Source: Chiloscyllium plagiosum (lineage: Eukaryota). From it: a stretch of 64,000 nucleotides of DNA. The first letter of the stretch is position 1; the number at the start of each line of letters is the position of its first letter. This document shows positions 1 to 12,049 of the stretch, in pieces. Under the pieces are notes generated by a model. The model was given only the letters and a program-made list of their open reading frames with translations. It did not search any database and was not told the DNA's origin. The DNA is taken from assembly GCF_004010195.1 (NCBI RefSeq), contig NC_057711.1, positions 83,050,659 to 83,114,658 of the forward strand. The letters run 5' to 3'. Both the position numbers and the translations under genes were made by a program.

Positions 1-385
1 CGGTTGGAGGAAGAGCGCCTCATCTTCCACCTAGGAACCTTCCAACCACAAGGGATGAACTCAGATTTCTCCAATTTCCTCATTTCTCCTCCCCCCACCT
101 TGTCTCAGTCAAATCCCTTGAACTCAGTACCGCCTTCCTAACCTGCAATCTTCTTCCTGACCTCTCCGCCCCCACCCCACTCCGGCCTATCACCCTTACC
201 TTGACCTCCTTCCACCATCGCATTTCCAACACCCCTCCCCCAAGTCCCTTCTCCCTACCTTTTATCTTAACCTGCTGGACACACTTTCCTCATTCCTGAA
301 GAAGGGCTTATGCCCGAAACGTCGATTCTCCTGTTCTTTGGATGCTGCCTGACCTGCCGCGCTTTTCCAGCAACACATTTTAAAG
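1..385 (+). mobile_element. Penelope-like element 3' end (GIY-YIG C-terminus, pyrimidine-rich tail, hammerhead-bearing terminal repeat)
   Basis: Frame 1 reads RLEEERLIFHLGTFQPQGMNSDFS, resembling the PLE GIY-YIG C-terminal motif (E..LIF.LGTL.P.G.N). It is followed by a C/T-rich tract and the hammerhead motif at 292-327. Confidence 0.8.
292..327 (+). ncRNA. Minimal type I hammerhead ribozyme motif (PLE-associated)
   Basis: attc-CTGAAGA-a-GGGC-ttat-GCCC-GAAAC-GTC-gatt: catalytic core, 4-bp helix II, palindromic ACGT in place of helix III, predicted cleavage after GUC at 323. Confidence 0.75.
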
Positions 386-387
386 CT

Positions 388-1232
388 CATAACCCAATAG
401 TTATCAATCCTGTTAAAGCATGGAGAGCAATTTGGCAGAGGAAAGGTAATATTGGCAAAAGATAATCTTTTACACCTTTAGTGAGTATTTTGGGTTTTCA
501 ACCGTGGATGATCGATTCAGAAATCAAACATTGGGCAGTGAGGGGTGTGTCTTGCATGGGCGATTTATTTGAGGGAAACACAATGATGTCTGTTGATCAA
601 TTAGTACGGAGATATGAGCTATCTAATTGGGATCTCTTTTTTGCTTTTTTCAAGTTAGGGATTTTATTCAAAAAAGATTACACTTTTGACTGATCCCTAC
701 AAATTCGACATGGGGGGGTGCTCAGTACTAAGACTATTCTTTCTGGCAGTACTTTATATCATCAATTGGGGGGCTGCCCCCTCAGGTGAGTTCAATTGAC
801 TCTGCAGGGTGTGGGAGAGAGAGCTAGGCATTGAGGTCTTCTCAGAGGCATGGGAAGACATTTGGGAAAATGCAGGAAAGATATCAATTTGCAATAGGAC
901 CTATGCTTTACAGTTGAAGATTCTCCACAGAGTGCATTTGGCTTCGGATTGTTTATCAAAATTTAAACCAGAGGTATCTTCAATATGTCCTAAGTGCAAG
1001 GTCTGTACGGGCACTCTTACCCATTGTCTCTGGTCCTGTGGTCGGCTTCAAATGCACTGAAGCTCTATGGTGGGTATAATGGAGGGGATTTTGGGTGTAA
1101 GGGTGGAGAAGGACCTATCTCTCTTTTTCTGGGCCTGCCCAGTGTATTCCCTGCAGACATGCATAAGAAAAAAACTTTTCAATATCCTCATTTTCTGTGC
1201 AAGAAAGAATATATTGTTAAGTTGGATATTCT
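388..1232 (+). mobile_element. Decayed L1/Tx1-clade LINE ORF2 C-terminal fragment
   Basis: ORF 809-1060 has WERELG...W..IW and LQLKILHR...CPKCKVCTGTLTHCLWSC (zf-RVT-like C-terminal region). Frameshifted. Confidence 0.75.
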
Positions 1233-2823
1233 GGTACCAATTCATCAGCACTTAAAATAGCCTGCTTAACCTCTTCATAATCTCTTGACACATCATCTAA
1301 CAGTACAACAAATGCCTCACTAGCTCTGCTTACCAGTTTAGTCTGAACTAGCATTACCCAAAAATCCTCGGACTACTACATCTGCCTAGCCAATTTTTCA
1401 AATGAAATAAAGAAGGCTTCAACATCTTTCTCATCAAAATGTGGCCGAGTTTTGACATATTTATATATATCACTACCTTCTCTTTTAGTCTCCATCCTGT
1501 TAACTTGATCTTGCTGACTAAGTCACAACTTCTCAAGTTCAAATTCTCTGTCTCTTTCTTTCTCTCTCTTCTCTCCTACTTTCTCTCCCCCTTTTTTCTC
1601 TCTCTTTTCTTCGCTCAGCCAAGAACCTTCTCTCTCTTTTTCCTCTCTCTTTCTCCCTCTCTCTTCGTTTATCTTATAACTCCATTTTCCTCAATTGTAA
1701 TTTAAGTTTTTCTACCTCTCCTGCACTTGTTTGTTTCTCTGACACACCTAAGTGTTTGACTAAGCCTTTTACAATTTCAGCTTTACTTCTGTCCTTGGTT
1801 AATTCCAAATCTAACTTATTTGTTACTTCTAAAAGTATGGCCCTTTTCTTTCCTTCTAAACTTTCTTGGCAAATTTGACAATCATCTTCAAATCCCAGGA
1901 CCTCTTTTGCAATTTTAAGAGCCATTTCTCTCATTTTTAATTGAATCAACCACAAGTCACCAAAATTAAACAAATTGTCTCACCTGCATTTTATTTACAG
2001 ATCTAGGACACTAACCTGCAAGTGTTTAAATCTGCTGGGTTTTTTCATACCCCCAAATCTATTCAAATCTGTCTAAACCAGTTTAAATCACAGACCCAAG
2101 CTTCCAAAGTGCCACAACATGGGGTAAACCCTCCTGCTTAATTTAAAACCAGCAACACAGAAAAGTTTTATCCTGTGCAGTAATCTGTAAAAATCGAGTG
2201 GCCAAGAACTATTTAAAGTAAATATTAACACCTCTATTTCTTAAAATATAATAGAGAATAAATAACTAACCACTATTTACAATTTCTTTCTCTAACCTAT
2301 CTTTTACCTTCACTTCTATAATACTAGTCTGATTACATTCCCAGTTAAGAGTTACAAAATCACATTTCTTATCTCAAAACTAGGCAGCTATAGGTTCATG
2401 TCTCCAAACCTTCCCGTGTCGTCCTTTCTCCTTGTTAGGAATTTCTGCGTAACAAGTTACTGATCGAAAAGGGACTTTTGAGAGAGATGTGTTTTCAAGT
2501 AGTCTGGTACATGTTGGGCCTGTCAGTTCTCCTCTCAACTGTTCAATTTTCCTCAGTTTGATACCCCCAAAGCATCGGATTGTCATTGGCTTTTAAGATA
2601 GTCAATATACTCAGTTCAAACTTGATTGGAAATTGGTATTTTTACTGAGGAATAATTTAAACTGATTAGCCAAATTCGAGTTTGTTTTTGTCTCCAGGCA
2701 ACGAACTACTCGAGTTGTTCAACCCAGTGTTACATTGCCGCCTTATTTGAGAACACTTGGTGCTGTGTCCAGTAGTTCTGCTGCTTTTAACTCTCACAAA
2801 GGTATACCCACATCTTCATAACA
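1233..2823 (-). mobile_element. Truncated Gmr1-like Gypsy element: 5' LTR (about 2110-2823) and gag N-terminus (ATG at 1925)
   Basis: MALKIAKEVLG..., an E/R/K-rich coil, and PHFDEKDVEAFFISFEKLARQM...WVMLVQTKL..RASEAF...DYEEVKQAILSA.ELVP, homologous to the gag at 14300-15366. LTR-like block bounded by TG...ACA. Confidence 0.75.
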
Positions 2824-2879
2824 AGACACACTTCAAAACAACTCCTTGTCTGCCAGTACCTTCTTGCAATCTTGAAATC

Positions 2880-3790
2880 TTAGTTCTGACTTCACTACTC
2901 TGATCGTCCCGTATACTCAACCTACAATTTTGGTGCCCATTCCCTGCTAAATTAGATTAAACCCACCCAAAGACCATTAGCAAATTCCCCCCCAGGATAT
3001 TGGTACCCATCTGGTTCAGGTGAAGATCATTCTGTTTGTAGAGATCGCATCTACCCCAGAAAAAGCCCAATTATCTAGGAATCCAAAAGCTTCCCTCCTG
3101 CACCATCCCTGTAGTCACATGTTCAACTCCTCTCTCTCCCTATTCCTCACTTTGCTAGCACGTGGCATGTGTAGCAAACCAGTGATAACAACTCTTTGTT
3201 CTACCTTAAGCTTCCACCCTAGCTCTCTGAATTTCTGCTTTAAATCCTCATCTCTCTTCCTACCTATGTCGTTGGTGCAGACTTGGGGCTGCTCTCCCTC
3301 CCCCTCAAGGATCCCGAAAACATGATCCGAGACATCATGAACCCTGGCATCTGGGAGGCAACACACCAACCATGAGTCTCTCTCATTCCCACAGAACGTC
3401 CTATCTGTCCCCCTAACTATGGAGCCCCAAGTACTAATTCTTTCCTCATCTCTCCCCTTACCTTGTGAGCAACAGGAACAGACACTGTGCCAGAGACCTG
3501 TGCCCCATTGCTTACCCCTGGTAAGTCGCACCCCCAACAGTATCCAAAACATTATATTTGTTGTTGAGGAGAACAGGCACAGGAGATCCCTGGACTGCCT
3601 GCCGGTCCCCTTTCCATTTCCTGACGGTAACCCATCTACCTTCTTTTACCTGAGGTGTGATTACCTCCATGCAACTCCTCTCAATAAACCCCTCTGCCTC
3701 CCGAATGATCCGAAGTTCATCCAGCTCCAGCTCCAGCTCCAGCTCCCTTATGTGGTTTTTGAGGAGCTGGAGTTGGGTGCACTTCAGAAT
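2880..3790 (-). mobile_element. CR1 LINE ORF1 (SGNH esterase-like) fragment
   Basis: GSIVRGTDRTFCG...VCCLPDARVHDVSD...GEQPQV..TNDIG...VVITGLL; same motifs as other CR1 ORF1 copies in the window. Confidence 0.8.
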
Positions 3791-3840
3791 GACTCAGAAA
3801 TCAGGATAGGAGAATTCCTCTTATCAGGTTCTCAAGAAGA

Positions 3841-4190
3841 GGAACGGAGATACTGTCGAGGAAGTCTAAACGAACATGTCCTTTACCAACAAGGCAGAAG
3901 GGATCTACATCATTGTCCTTTCCCTCCTTCTTGTAGCAGCTGGTTTTGCTCTGTCTGGCTTCTTGTAACCCCTTCAATTTCTCATCTAGACTAAGGAGGA
4001 CCCCAAACAAGATCCCTGTTTTATATTGTCTCATTTCATAATCTTCATGTTGAATTTACTCTGCATTTGTCTCCCTAATCCATCAGCTTGTCTCTGTCAT
4101 CCTGAAGTCTATTATTACCCTCTTCAATGTATACTATACTAATAAATTCTATGCATTATGAAATCTTAGAATCATGCCCTTTATCTCCAA
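3841..4190. repeat. Local composite duplication: 3841-4045 is an inverted copy of 5181-5389; 4032-4190 is a direct copy of 5527-5686
   Basis: Direct visual alignment; the ORFs 3419-3994(+) and 5233-5427(-) share HVLYQQGRR.LHHCP.PP.CS.WFCSVWLLVTPSIS. Confidence 0.85.
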
Positions 4191-4199
4191 GTTAAAGAG

Positions 4200-4615
4200 A
4201 TCCCAATGACCACACACTTTCCCTGTCATGACATGAGCTGCTTTCAGGACAGCCCACAACTGTCACCTACTTTGTTCTCAATATCACCTTTTCTTCATTC
4301 TTGGCTTCCTATCAACTATCTCTCTGCCGACCTAACTTTCTTTCTCACTCTCTGGACTCTGTTTCCAACTTACTGCTCATTCCTCCACACATCCTCATCC
4401 TCCCTCCTCCCCCTGCAGCACCCCCCATGTCTCTATCCCCCATCATCTGCATTAAGACCATCTTTTCCAAGGTACTATCAGTTCTGAAGAAGGGTCATTG
4501 GCCTTGAAAGGTTAAGTCTGCTTTCTCTCCACATGTGCTGGCTGACCTTCTGAGTCTCTCCAGCAATTTCTGTATCCGTTTCAGACCATCAGCACCCGCA
4601 GTTCTGTGTTTTAAT
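4200..4615 (+). mobile_element. Decayed PLE 3' end with degenerate hammerhead (about 4484-4513)
   Basis: Pyrimidine-rich tail, then ctgaagaagggtcattggccttgaaaggtt and a gctggctgacct...ccagca tail like other PLE termini here. Confidence 0.55.
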
Positions 4616-4814
4616 TTTGTGTGAATAAATCTCTACTTTGCCTTCTCTATCTAAACAGAGACTCAATCCTCAGCTTCAGCTTATTCTCAACTTTTTAATT
4701 ACTGTCCCTGCAACTATTGTAATAAATCTTTCTTCTACGCCTTCATATTATTCTTTACTCAGAATTGGATGCAGTACTTAAGTTGAGGCTGAATTAGTAT
4801 TTCATATAGGTTCA

Positions 4815-5180
4815 GCATAGAGTCATACAACATGGAAACAGACTCTTCGGCCCAACTCGTACATGCCAACCAGGTTTCCTAAACTGAATTAGCCCCATTT
4901 GCCTGCATTTGGCCCCTATCCCTCTAAACCTTTCCAAATGTCTTTTAAATACACACCTCTACCACACTTCCTCTGGCAGCTCGTCCCATGTATGCATTAC
5001 ACTCTGCGTGAAAAAGTTGTCCCTCAGGTCCCTTTTAAACCTTTCCCTTCTCACCTTAAACCTATGCCCCCTAGTTTTGGATTCCCCTACCCTGGGGAAA
5101 TACCTTAGCTATTCACCTTATCAATGCCCTCCATGCTTTTATAAACCTCCAAAAGGTCACCCCTCATCCTCTTACGCTTC
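4815..5180 (-). mobile_element. CR1 LINE 3' end
   Basis: Matches the 3' tail of the CR1 at 26697-27120 (catagagtcata... start, ttttaaacctttccc, aaacctatgccc). Confidence 0.85.
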
Positions 5181-6579
5181 AAGAATTATGAAATGAGACA
5201 ATATAAAGCTGGGATCTTGTTTGGGGTCCTCCTTAGTCTAGACAAGAAATGGAAGGGGTTACAAGAAGCCAGACAGAGCAAAACCAGTTGCTACAAGGAG
5301 GAGGAATAGGACAATGATGCAGATTCCTTCTGCCTTGTTGGTAAAGGACATGCACTTCTTTTAGACTTCTTCTATAGTATCTACGTTCTAATAAAGCCCA
5401 CAATTCCAGACGTTTTAATAACTGCATTGATCAGCTGTTTATCCACCTTTAAAGGCAGGTACACAAGCATTCCCTGGTCTTTCCATTTTGCACCTTCAAG
5501 TTGTGTCAACTAATTTTATATACCTTCATTTCATAATTCTTTGTGTTGAATTTAAGCTGCATTTGTCTTCCTAATCCATCAGCTTGTCTATGTCTTCTTG
5601 AAGTCTATTATTACCCTCCTCAATGTATACTACACTAAGAAATTCTGCGCATTCTGAAATCTTAGAAACATGCCCTGTATCTCCAAACTGAAGTAATTAA
5701 TATGTATTAAAAAGTGCAGTAGTCCAGCATTGGCTTTTGGGAAATGTTTGTGTAACTGCCTTGAACCTGAAAACAGCCATTCAACACAACTCTTCTATAT
5801 CATACATTTAGAATCAGAGAATCCCTGCGATGCAGAAAGAGGTAATTTGCCCATTGAATGTGTCCTGACCCTCCTAACAGCACCCCATTCAGATCTAGCA
5901 CCCCAACCCTTTCCCCTAACCCTGTACTTATCATGGTTCGCCTGCACATCCCTGGAATGGATTTTCATCCGAGAGTATATCCTTCCCTGAATAAATATGC
6001 TAGTATCTTAAAATTACAAAGATACTTTGTCAGTTACCTATTAACATTTTTCTTGCATTACTCAGCAAATTGATGTATGATGTTAATGGTTCACATATTT
6101 CTCCAGAATCATAAAAAAGCATGCTCAGCTGTAGGTTTGCACCTTTTCTCTAGGATACTGGCAGTTATTTCTCTGAAAGTTCTTTACGGAGTGACTAAAT
6201 TGATGAATCACCATGATAAAGCATACTGATTTATAAATCAGAAGCGGAAAACAGCTTTGAGGGCTAAACCAAAGTTCTGGATTTTCAGGTCAAAGTCAAT
6301 AATTGAGTTGCATTGACAGTAACTGTCTAACATCCAGGAAAATTGGCAGGAAGTAAGTTCCAGTCAATTCAGATGTAAATTCACAGAAATCAATTAATTG
6401 GATGGTTTGTCACAGGTGTGCTTTGTGTCAGTGGGTTTGAGAAGGCAAAAAAGATAATTGGGGTGGGTAATAAATGGCTTATGCCTACATTTCCACAATG
6501 TGTAAAATAAATCTGAAGGTGGAGAAGTTTACAGAGGAGTGGCCATTGAATGGAATCGAAACAACCCCCCACGCTCAGC

Positions 6580-7330
6580 TAGTTACCTGTCCATGGCCAT
6601 CCAGCCCAGTGGACAGCTTTCACCTGGTAATCTGAGGAAACAGTATCCACTGAAGGGTAATGCTGGAAAATCTCAGCAGGTCTGGCAGCATCTGTAAGGA
6701 GAGAAAAGAGCTGACGTTTCGAGTCTAACTGACCCTTTGACAGTGTCAGCTCTTTTCTCTCCTTACAGATGCCGCCAGACCTGCTGAGATTTTCCAGCAT
6801 TGTTCTTTTGGTTTCAGATTCCAGCATCCACAGTAATTTGCTTTTATCCACTAAAGGGTGTCTGAAAAGTTGTCAGTTCCTGTGACTCTGGGGAAAGATG
6901 TATGGACCAAAGCCCATTCACGGTATTGAGCTTGGAAAAATGTTCAGCGTCTGAGAACTTGGAATTAAGCTCTTCCAGGTAGGAATCTTGTGTGGCCATC
7001 TTCTTCATGCAATATTCAGTTGCCTTGGATTTAAGCTTCATATTTAGTCTTACTTCAAAACACAAGTAATAGAATGGCATCAATCAATATGACGAATTAT
7101 GTTGTTTCACACCATGGAATTCAGTTCCACACTGAGGTTTTGTTGAATATAAATACAGAGCTGAGTAAGAGGGTTGATGCTGAGTTGGATATCATCTTTC
7201 AGATGTGCTGCAGTATTGCCTTTAAAATTGGCAAGAGCATCAAAGCTGTCAGGGTAGAGGTTAGTCAGGTAATGGATGAACTCAATGTTGCAGTCTGGAA
7301 TCTCTGGTGTTGCAATTATGAGATTGGCTC
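6580..7330 (-). mobile_element. Decayed Gypsy pol (RT) fragment, interrupted at 6659-6844
   Basis: FSKLNTVNGLWSIHLSPESQELTTFQTPFSG resembles Gypsy RT FSKLD...GFWQI.L...S..LTTF.TPFG. Confidence 0.65.
6659..6844. mobile_element. Fold-back PLE-derived mini-element with degenerate hammerhead, 15-bp TSD
   Basis: TSD tatccact(g/a)aagggt at 6644-6658 and 6845-6859. Internal inverted arms about 6659-6715 and 6745-6801; gaaacgtc on the minus strand. Confidence 0.8.
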
Positions 7331-7339
7331 AGAATAATA

Positions 7340-7980
7340 ATGATGTGGAGGAGCTGCTGTTGGACTGGGGTGGACAAAGTTAAAAATCACACAACACCAG
7401 GTTATAGTCCACAGGTTTATTTGGAAGCTCTAGCTTTTGGAGCACTGCTCCTCTATTAGGTAGCTGTGGAGCAGGATCATAAGACACAGAATTTATAGCG
7501 AAGGATCACAGTGTCATACACTGATGCACTGTATTGAACAAACCTAGACTGCTGTGAAGTCTTTCATCTTTTAGAGTGAGTTGCAGGTTTCGGTTCATTA
7601 ATATGTAAATCCGAGAACTTCTTTTAAGTCACATTCTCGAGATAACTTAAGGTCTTATACAAAAAAGGTGACATCTCACCTCAGACAATGCATTAAAGAT
7701 GTGAGGTTAGAGTCTGTCTGTATCCCAACCTTGAGTCAGACTGGTTCTATTTCCAAAGTGGAATTTCTAAAATATTACATGGATTGACTGTCTGCATTGA
7801 CTGCCGACAGATTGTGTGCTTTTTGAGCAAAATAGCATGCGCACATGTAAGCACACACTCTCTCATGCGCACTTACACTCACATGTACAAACTCACAGTC
7901 AGACACTCACATGCGCACAAATACACATTTACATTTGCAGATTTTTATTTGCAGATACATTCTATTTTGAATAAGAAAGT
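7340..7980 (-). mobile_element. PLE-like terminal region (same family as 18445-18613) with CA-rich tract
   Basis: ttggactggggtggacaaagttaaaaatcacacaacaccaggttatagtcc matches 18461-18511; degenerate ggagcagtgctcc hairpin on minus. Confidence 0.55.
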
Positions 7981-8030
7981 TTGCTTGTGCACACTTATCA
8001 AATTCCTCCCCATCCAAACTCTTAACACTG

Positions 8031-8678
8031 TATTATGGACTAGGCCAGACCATTCAAAACATTCTTAAGCAGGCAGCCCAGACTGTAACTTTGCAATTTG
8101 TTTTGGTAAGTGTACAGTGAAAATTACCCAGAGTAAGTTAGCTAGGTTGACTACTAGATTTTAAACCAGACAAAATTTATTCACAAAATTACACAATGAA
8201 ACACAAAGAACAGAATAAAGAACCCCTACAGGACTCAGTGTATCCAAACTAGATTTAGGTATGCTGTTCTGAATATACACAACAGTCCCAATAAGCAAAC
8301 TCCCTTTAAAACCCAGTATAAATAGAACACATGCTTACAGGTTGAAGTTGAAGGGCAGAAAGAGAGAGAGAGAGTTTCCACACAGCTCACTGTTGAACTC
8401 CTCACCAGTTCAAGATTGAACTAAACTGCTCAGCTAGAGAGCTGACCACTCCCCTTTCATTATACAGGTCACTTCTAAAACATGACCACTTTGGCCTGAA
8501 GCCTCATCTGTTTACATGTAAACAAAAGGCCTCTCAAAATCCTTTTCATCTCTGTACCAAACCAGATTGATTGGATCTCAGCCAGGTTTATTATCTCTCT
8601 GCAAAAAAAGCCAAGGACACAGTATCCTTGAGCCAAGAAACAGCTTTTAGAGAAAGAAAAGAGACTAGTTTTGCGACA
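8031..8678 (-). repeat. 3' LTR
   Basis: Direct repeat of 15468-16113. Ends ...gcgaca; adjacent to the polypurine tract. Confidence 0.92.
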
Positions 8679-8689
8679 CCTCCCTCCTT
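8679..8689 (-). promoter_or_regulatory. Polypurine tract (PPT)
   Basis: cctccctcctt on plus = aaggagggagg on minus, immediately upstream of the 3' LTR. Confidence 0.8.
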
Positions 8690-8784
8690 AAAAAAAAGAA
8701 CCATCAATACCAAAAGATGGCTTAATTTGTAACCCTTCAAAATTCAGTTAGTAGTCTGAATACACATATATGCTATACTAATTA

Positions 8785-10472
8785 CAGAGGAACCTTGATT
8801 ATCTGAATATCAATTATCTGAATATCGGACTATCTGAAGGAGATCTTGAGGGCCCGATAGAAACATCACATCAAAGACGTGTTTCCGACACTGATCACAT
8901 CTTTTGTTTACAGTGACTAAAAATGAACTCAGCTACTGAAATGCTGCCAAGAACAGTCCTGGATTCCAAATGACTGACCTCCCGCCCACTCTCTCTCGCC
9001 ACAGACTTGTTCTGGCATTCTACATAGTCATGTACCCTAAATCCCCCTTCCTCAGATAATCTCTCCAACATTGTCCTGTGCAAGTCAAAGGTGGAACCTA
9101 TCAAAAAGTTGCAGTAAAATGTTGTGTGTGTGGCAGTGGCTGTGGCTGCATGTGTGTGCTCTCTGGAGACTCACCTCACCAAAAGGCAGCAGTAGCAGTG
9201 TTGTTGTTGGTGTACAGTTTCGCTGCCCTGGAGAGGAGGCGGGGGGGTGTGGGGATGTGGTGGGGTGGGGGCAGACACCGGCTGTGTTGGATGGGTTTGG
9301 AGGGAGGGCGGGGATTGGTGTTGGACGGAGTTGGGGTTGGGCAGGGGTGGTGTTGGATGGATTTGGTAGATTGGGGGGAAGGGGCGGTGTTGGATGGGTT
9401 TGGGGAGAGGGCCAGACNNNNNNNNNNNNNNNNNNNNNNNNNNNNNNNNNNNNNNNNNNNNNNNNNNNNNNNNNNNNNNNNNNNNNNNNNNNNNNNNNNN
9501 NNNNNNNNNNNNNNNNNNNNNNNNNNNNNNNNNNNNNNNNNNNNNNNNNNNNNNNNNNNNNNNNNNNNNNNNNNNNNNNNNNNNNNNNNNNNNNNNNNNN
9601 NNNNNNNNNNNNNNNNNNNNNNNNNNNNNNNNNNNNNNNNNNNNNNNNNNNNNNNNNNNNNNNNNNNNNNNNNNNNNNNNNNNNNNNNNNNNNNNNNNNN
9701 NNNNNNNNNNNNNNNNNNNNNNNNNNNNNNNNNNNNNNNNNNNNNNNNNNNNNNNNNNNNNNNNNNNNNNNNNNNNNNNNNNNNNNNNNNNNNNNNNNNN
9801 NNNNNNNNNNNNNNNNNNNNNNNNNNNNNNNNNNNNNNNNNNNNNNNNNNNNNNNNNNNNNNNNNNNNNNNNNNNNNNNNNNNNNNNNNNNNNNNNNNNN
9901 NNNNNNNNNNNNNNNNNNNNNNNNNNNNNNNNNNNNNNNNNNNNNNNNNNNNNNNNNNNNNNNNNNNNNNNNNNNNNNNNNNNNNNNNNNNNNNNNNNNN
10001 NNNNNNNNNNNNNNNNNNNNNNNNNNNNNNNNNNNNNNNNNNNNNNNNNNNNNNNNNNNNNNNNNNNNNNNNNNNNNNNNNNNNNNNNNNNNNNNNNNNN
10101 NNNNNNNNNNNNNNNNNNNNNNNNNNNNNNNNNNNNNNNNNNNNNNNNNNNNNNNNNNNNNNNNNNNNNNNNNNNNNNNNNNNNNNNNNNNNNNNNNNNN
10201 NNNNNNNNNNNNNNNNNNNNNNNNNNNNNNNNNNNNNNNNNNNNNNGGGGGGGGGAGGGGAGGTGGTGTGGGACAGGGTTGGGGTGCAGAGCAGATGGGG
10301 GCGGGAGCTCTCATGCGATGTACTGCTGCCTAGTCTTCTGAACGAGCAGCGGACTTAACAGAAAATTCTGAGCTCCAGAGGAAAGGCATTAACCAAATCA
10401 ATTAACCGAATCATCAATTATCCAAACGAAATAATGCCCATCCATCTTGTTCGGATAATCATGGTTCCTCTG
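8785..10472. mobile_element. Non-autonomous Tc1/mariner (pogo/Tigger-like) DNA transposon nested in the Gypsy; contains the N gap
   Basis: TIR cagaggaaccttgattatctgaa (8785) vs reverse complement cagaggaaccatgattatccgaa (ending 10472); TA on both sides. Confidence 0.82.
9235..10305. repeat. G-rich degenerate tandem repeat (ggtgttggatgggtttgggg-like) flanking an assembly gap
   Basis: Repeated tgttggatgg units at 9283-9410; the G-rich sequence continues after the Ns. Confidence 0.6.
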
Positions 10473-10519
10473 TATAAACATGCAAACATGCACAACCACA
10501 TGCAAAATCAGGCCATGGT

Positions 10520-11820
10520 ACACCTCCATATCTCACTCGAGTCCTGATAACGCATCAGCAATCATGTTTTCATGACCTGACACAAGCACAATTGTTAAAC
10601 TGAATGGCTGCGACAACAAGCTCCATCTAAACAGGCTGGCATTTTTGTCCTTAAATTTTTCCACAGATATCAATAGGTTGTGATCAGTTTATACAATTGT
10701 CTCAGATGCATTGCTGGTAACATAAACACTGAAATGTTGTAATGCCAACACCAAGCTTAAAGTCGCTTTCTCCACCATTGAATATTTCTGTTGATAAATA
10801 TCCAACTTCCTGGAAAAGTATCCGATGAGTCTTTCTATCCCTCGTCATCCTCCTGCAGGAGTACTGCACCGACACATACATCACTGGCATCGATTGTCAC
10901 TTTGAAAGGCTTCGTGTAATCCCGTGCAGTTAATATTGGGGCAGTAGTTAACACAGCTTTTAGGCTGTCAAATGCCTTTTGACAGTCTGCTGTCCACTGA
11001 AACTTCTTGCCCGTTTTAAACAATTTGGTGAGTGGAGCAGCCACACTGCTAAAGCTCAGCACAAACTTTCAGTAAAATTCACTCAACTCAAGGAACCGTG
11101 GTACTGCTTTTTTTTGTCGACAGCGTGGGAAATTCTCCAATTACTTTCATTTTTGCATCTCATGGGACCATTTGTCCATATCCAATGACATGGCCCAAGA
11201 AGGTGACTTGAGCTTTGGGAAATTCACTTTTAGCTTGGTTTACCACCAAGCCTGCCTTCTGAAGTCGATCGACCATGTCCAATGAATGCTGTAAATGTTC
11301 CTTTCATGAGTGACTAAAAATCACCAGGTCATCAATGTACACCACACATTTGGGTAATCTGGCAGTGACCTTATTAGTTAGTCTCTGAAATGTGGCTGGA
11401 GCATTTTTCACACCAAATGGCTTGACTTTGGACTGATATAGTCCATTTGGCATTACGAAAGCAGAAATTGCCTTTGTTCTCTCTGACAGAGGTACTTGCC
11501 AAAAGCCTCCGAGCAAGTCCAACTTAGAAACGTAAGTTGCTTGTCCCACTTTTATGACACAGTCCTCAAACCGTGGAATTGGAAATGCATCCTTCTTTGT
11601 AATGGGCGTTGACTTTGTGATAGTCCATACACAACCATTGGGCACCATCTGGCTTTGGCATTGTGACTATAGGTGAGCTCCAGTCACTGTAACTCACTTT
11701 GATTCTGCCACCTTGGAGCATGCGCTCTCTCTCCTTCTGAACCTGTGCCAACTTTAGAGGATTATGCCTATAAGGAGGTTGCTTAATTGGAACAGCATCT
11801 CCTATAACTACATTATCCAC
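10520..11820 (-). pseudogene. Gypsy reverse transcriptase and RNase H, frameshifted
   Basis: PIKQPPYR, WSSPIV..PKPDG..WLCMDYHKVN, SKLDLLGGFWQVPL, PFGVKNAPATFQRL, VVYIDDLVIFS, PFKVTIDASDVCVGAVLLQ, HENMIADALS. Confidence 0.92.
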
Positions 11821-12049
11821 AATTAGGTTAGGACTTCCCAGTTTATTTCCGCATTTCTTCCTATGTTTTAGTAATAACCCTTTCAGGTCATTTTGGTTTT
11901 GTCATGGAAGGTAACACAATAATTTATGCCAATTTTTGACAACTTCCTCATTGTCCAATTTGATCTGAGGAATATCCAAATCAGAATCCTCTGAACTTGG
12001 ATCTTACTTCTGTGCTGTAATCATTAATACCTTCTCCTCTTGCTTTCCT

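Noticed and set aside
3419..3994. 191-aa plus-strand ORF as a host gene
   Set aside because: Antisense to CR1 ORF1 and running into the duplicated segment; no domain recognisable.
9071..10358. Long ORFs of 315-426 aa
   Set aside because: Artefacts of translating through the N gap and the G-rich repeat.
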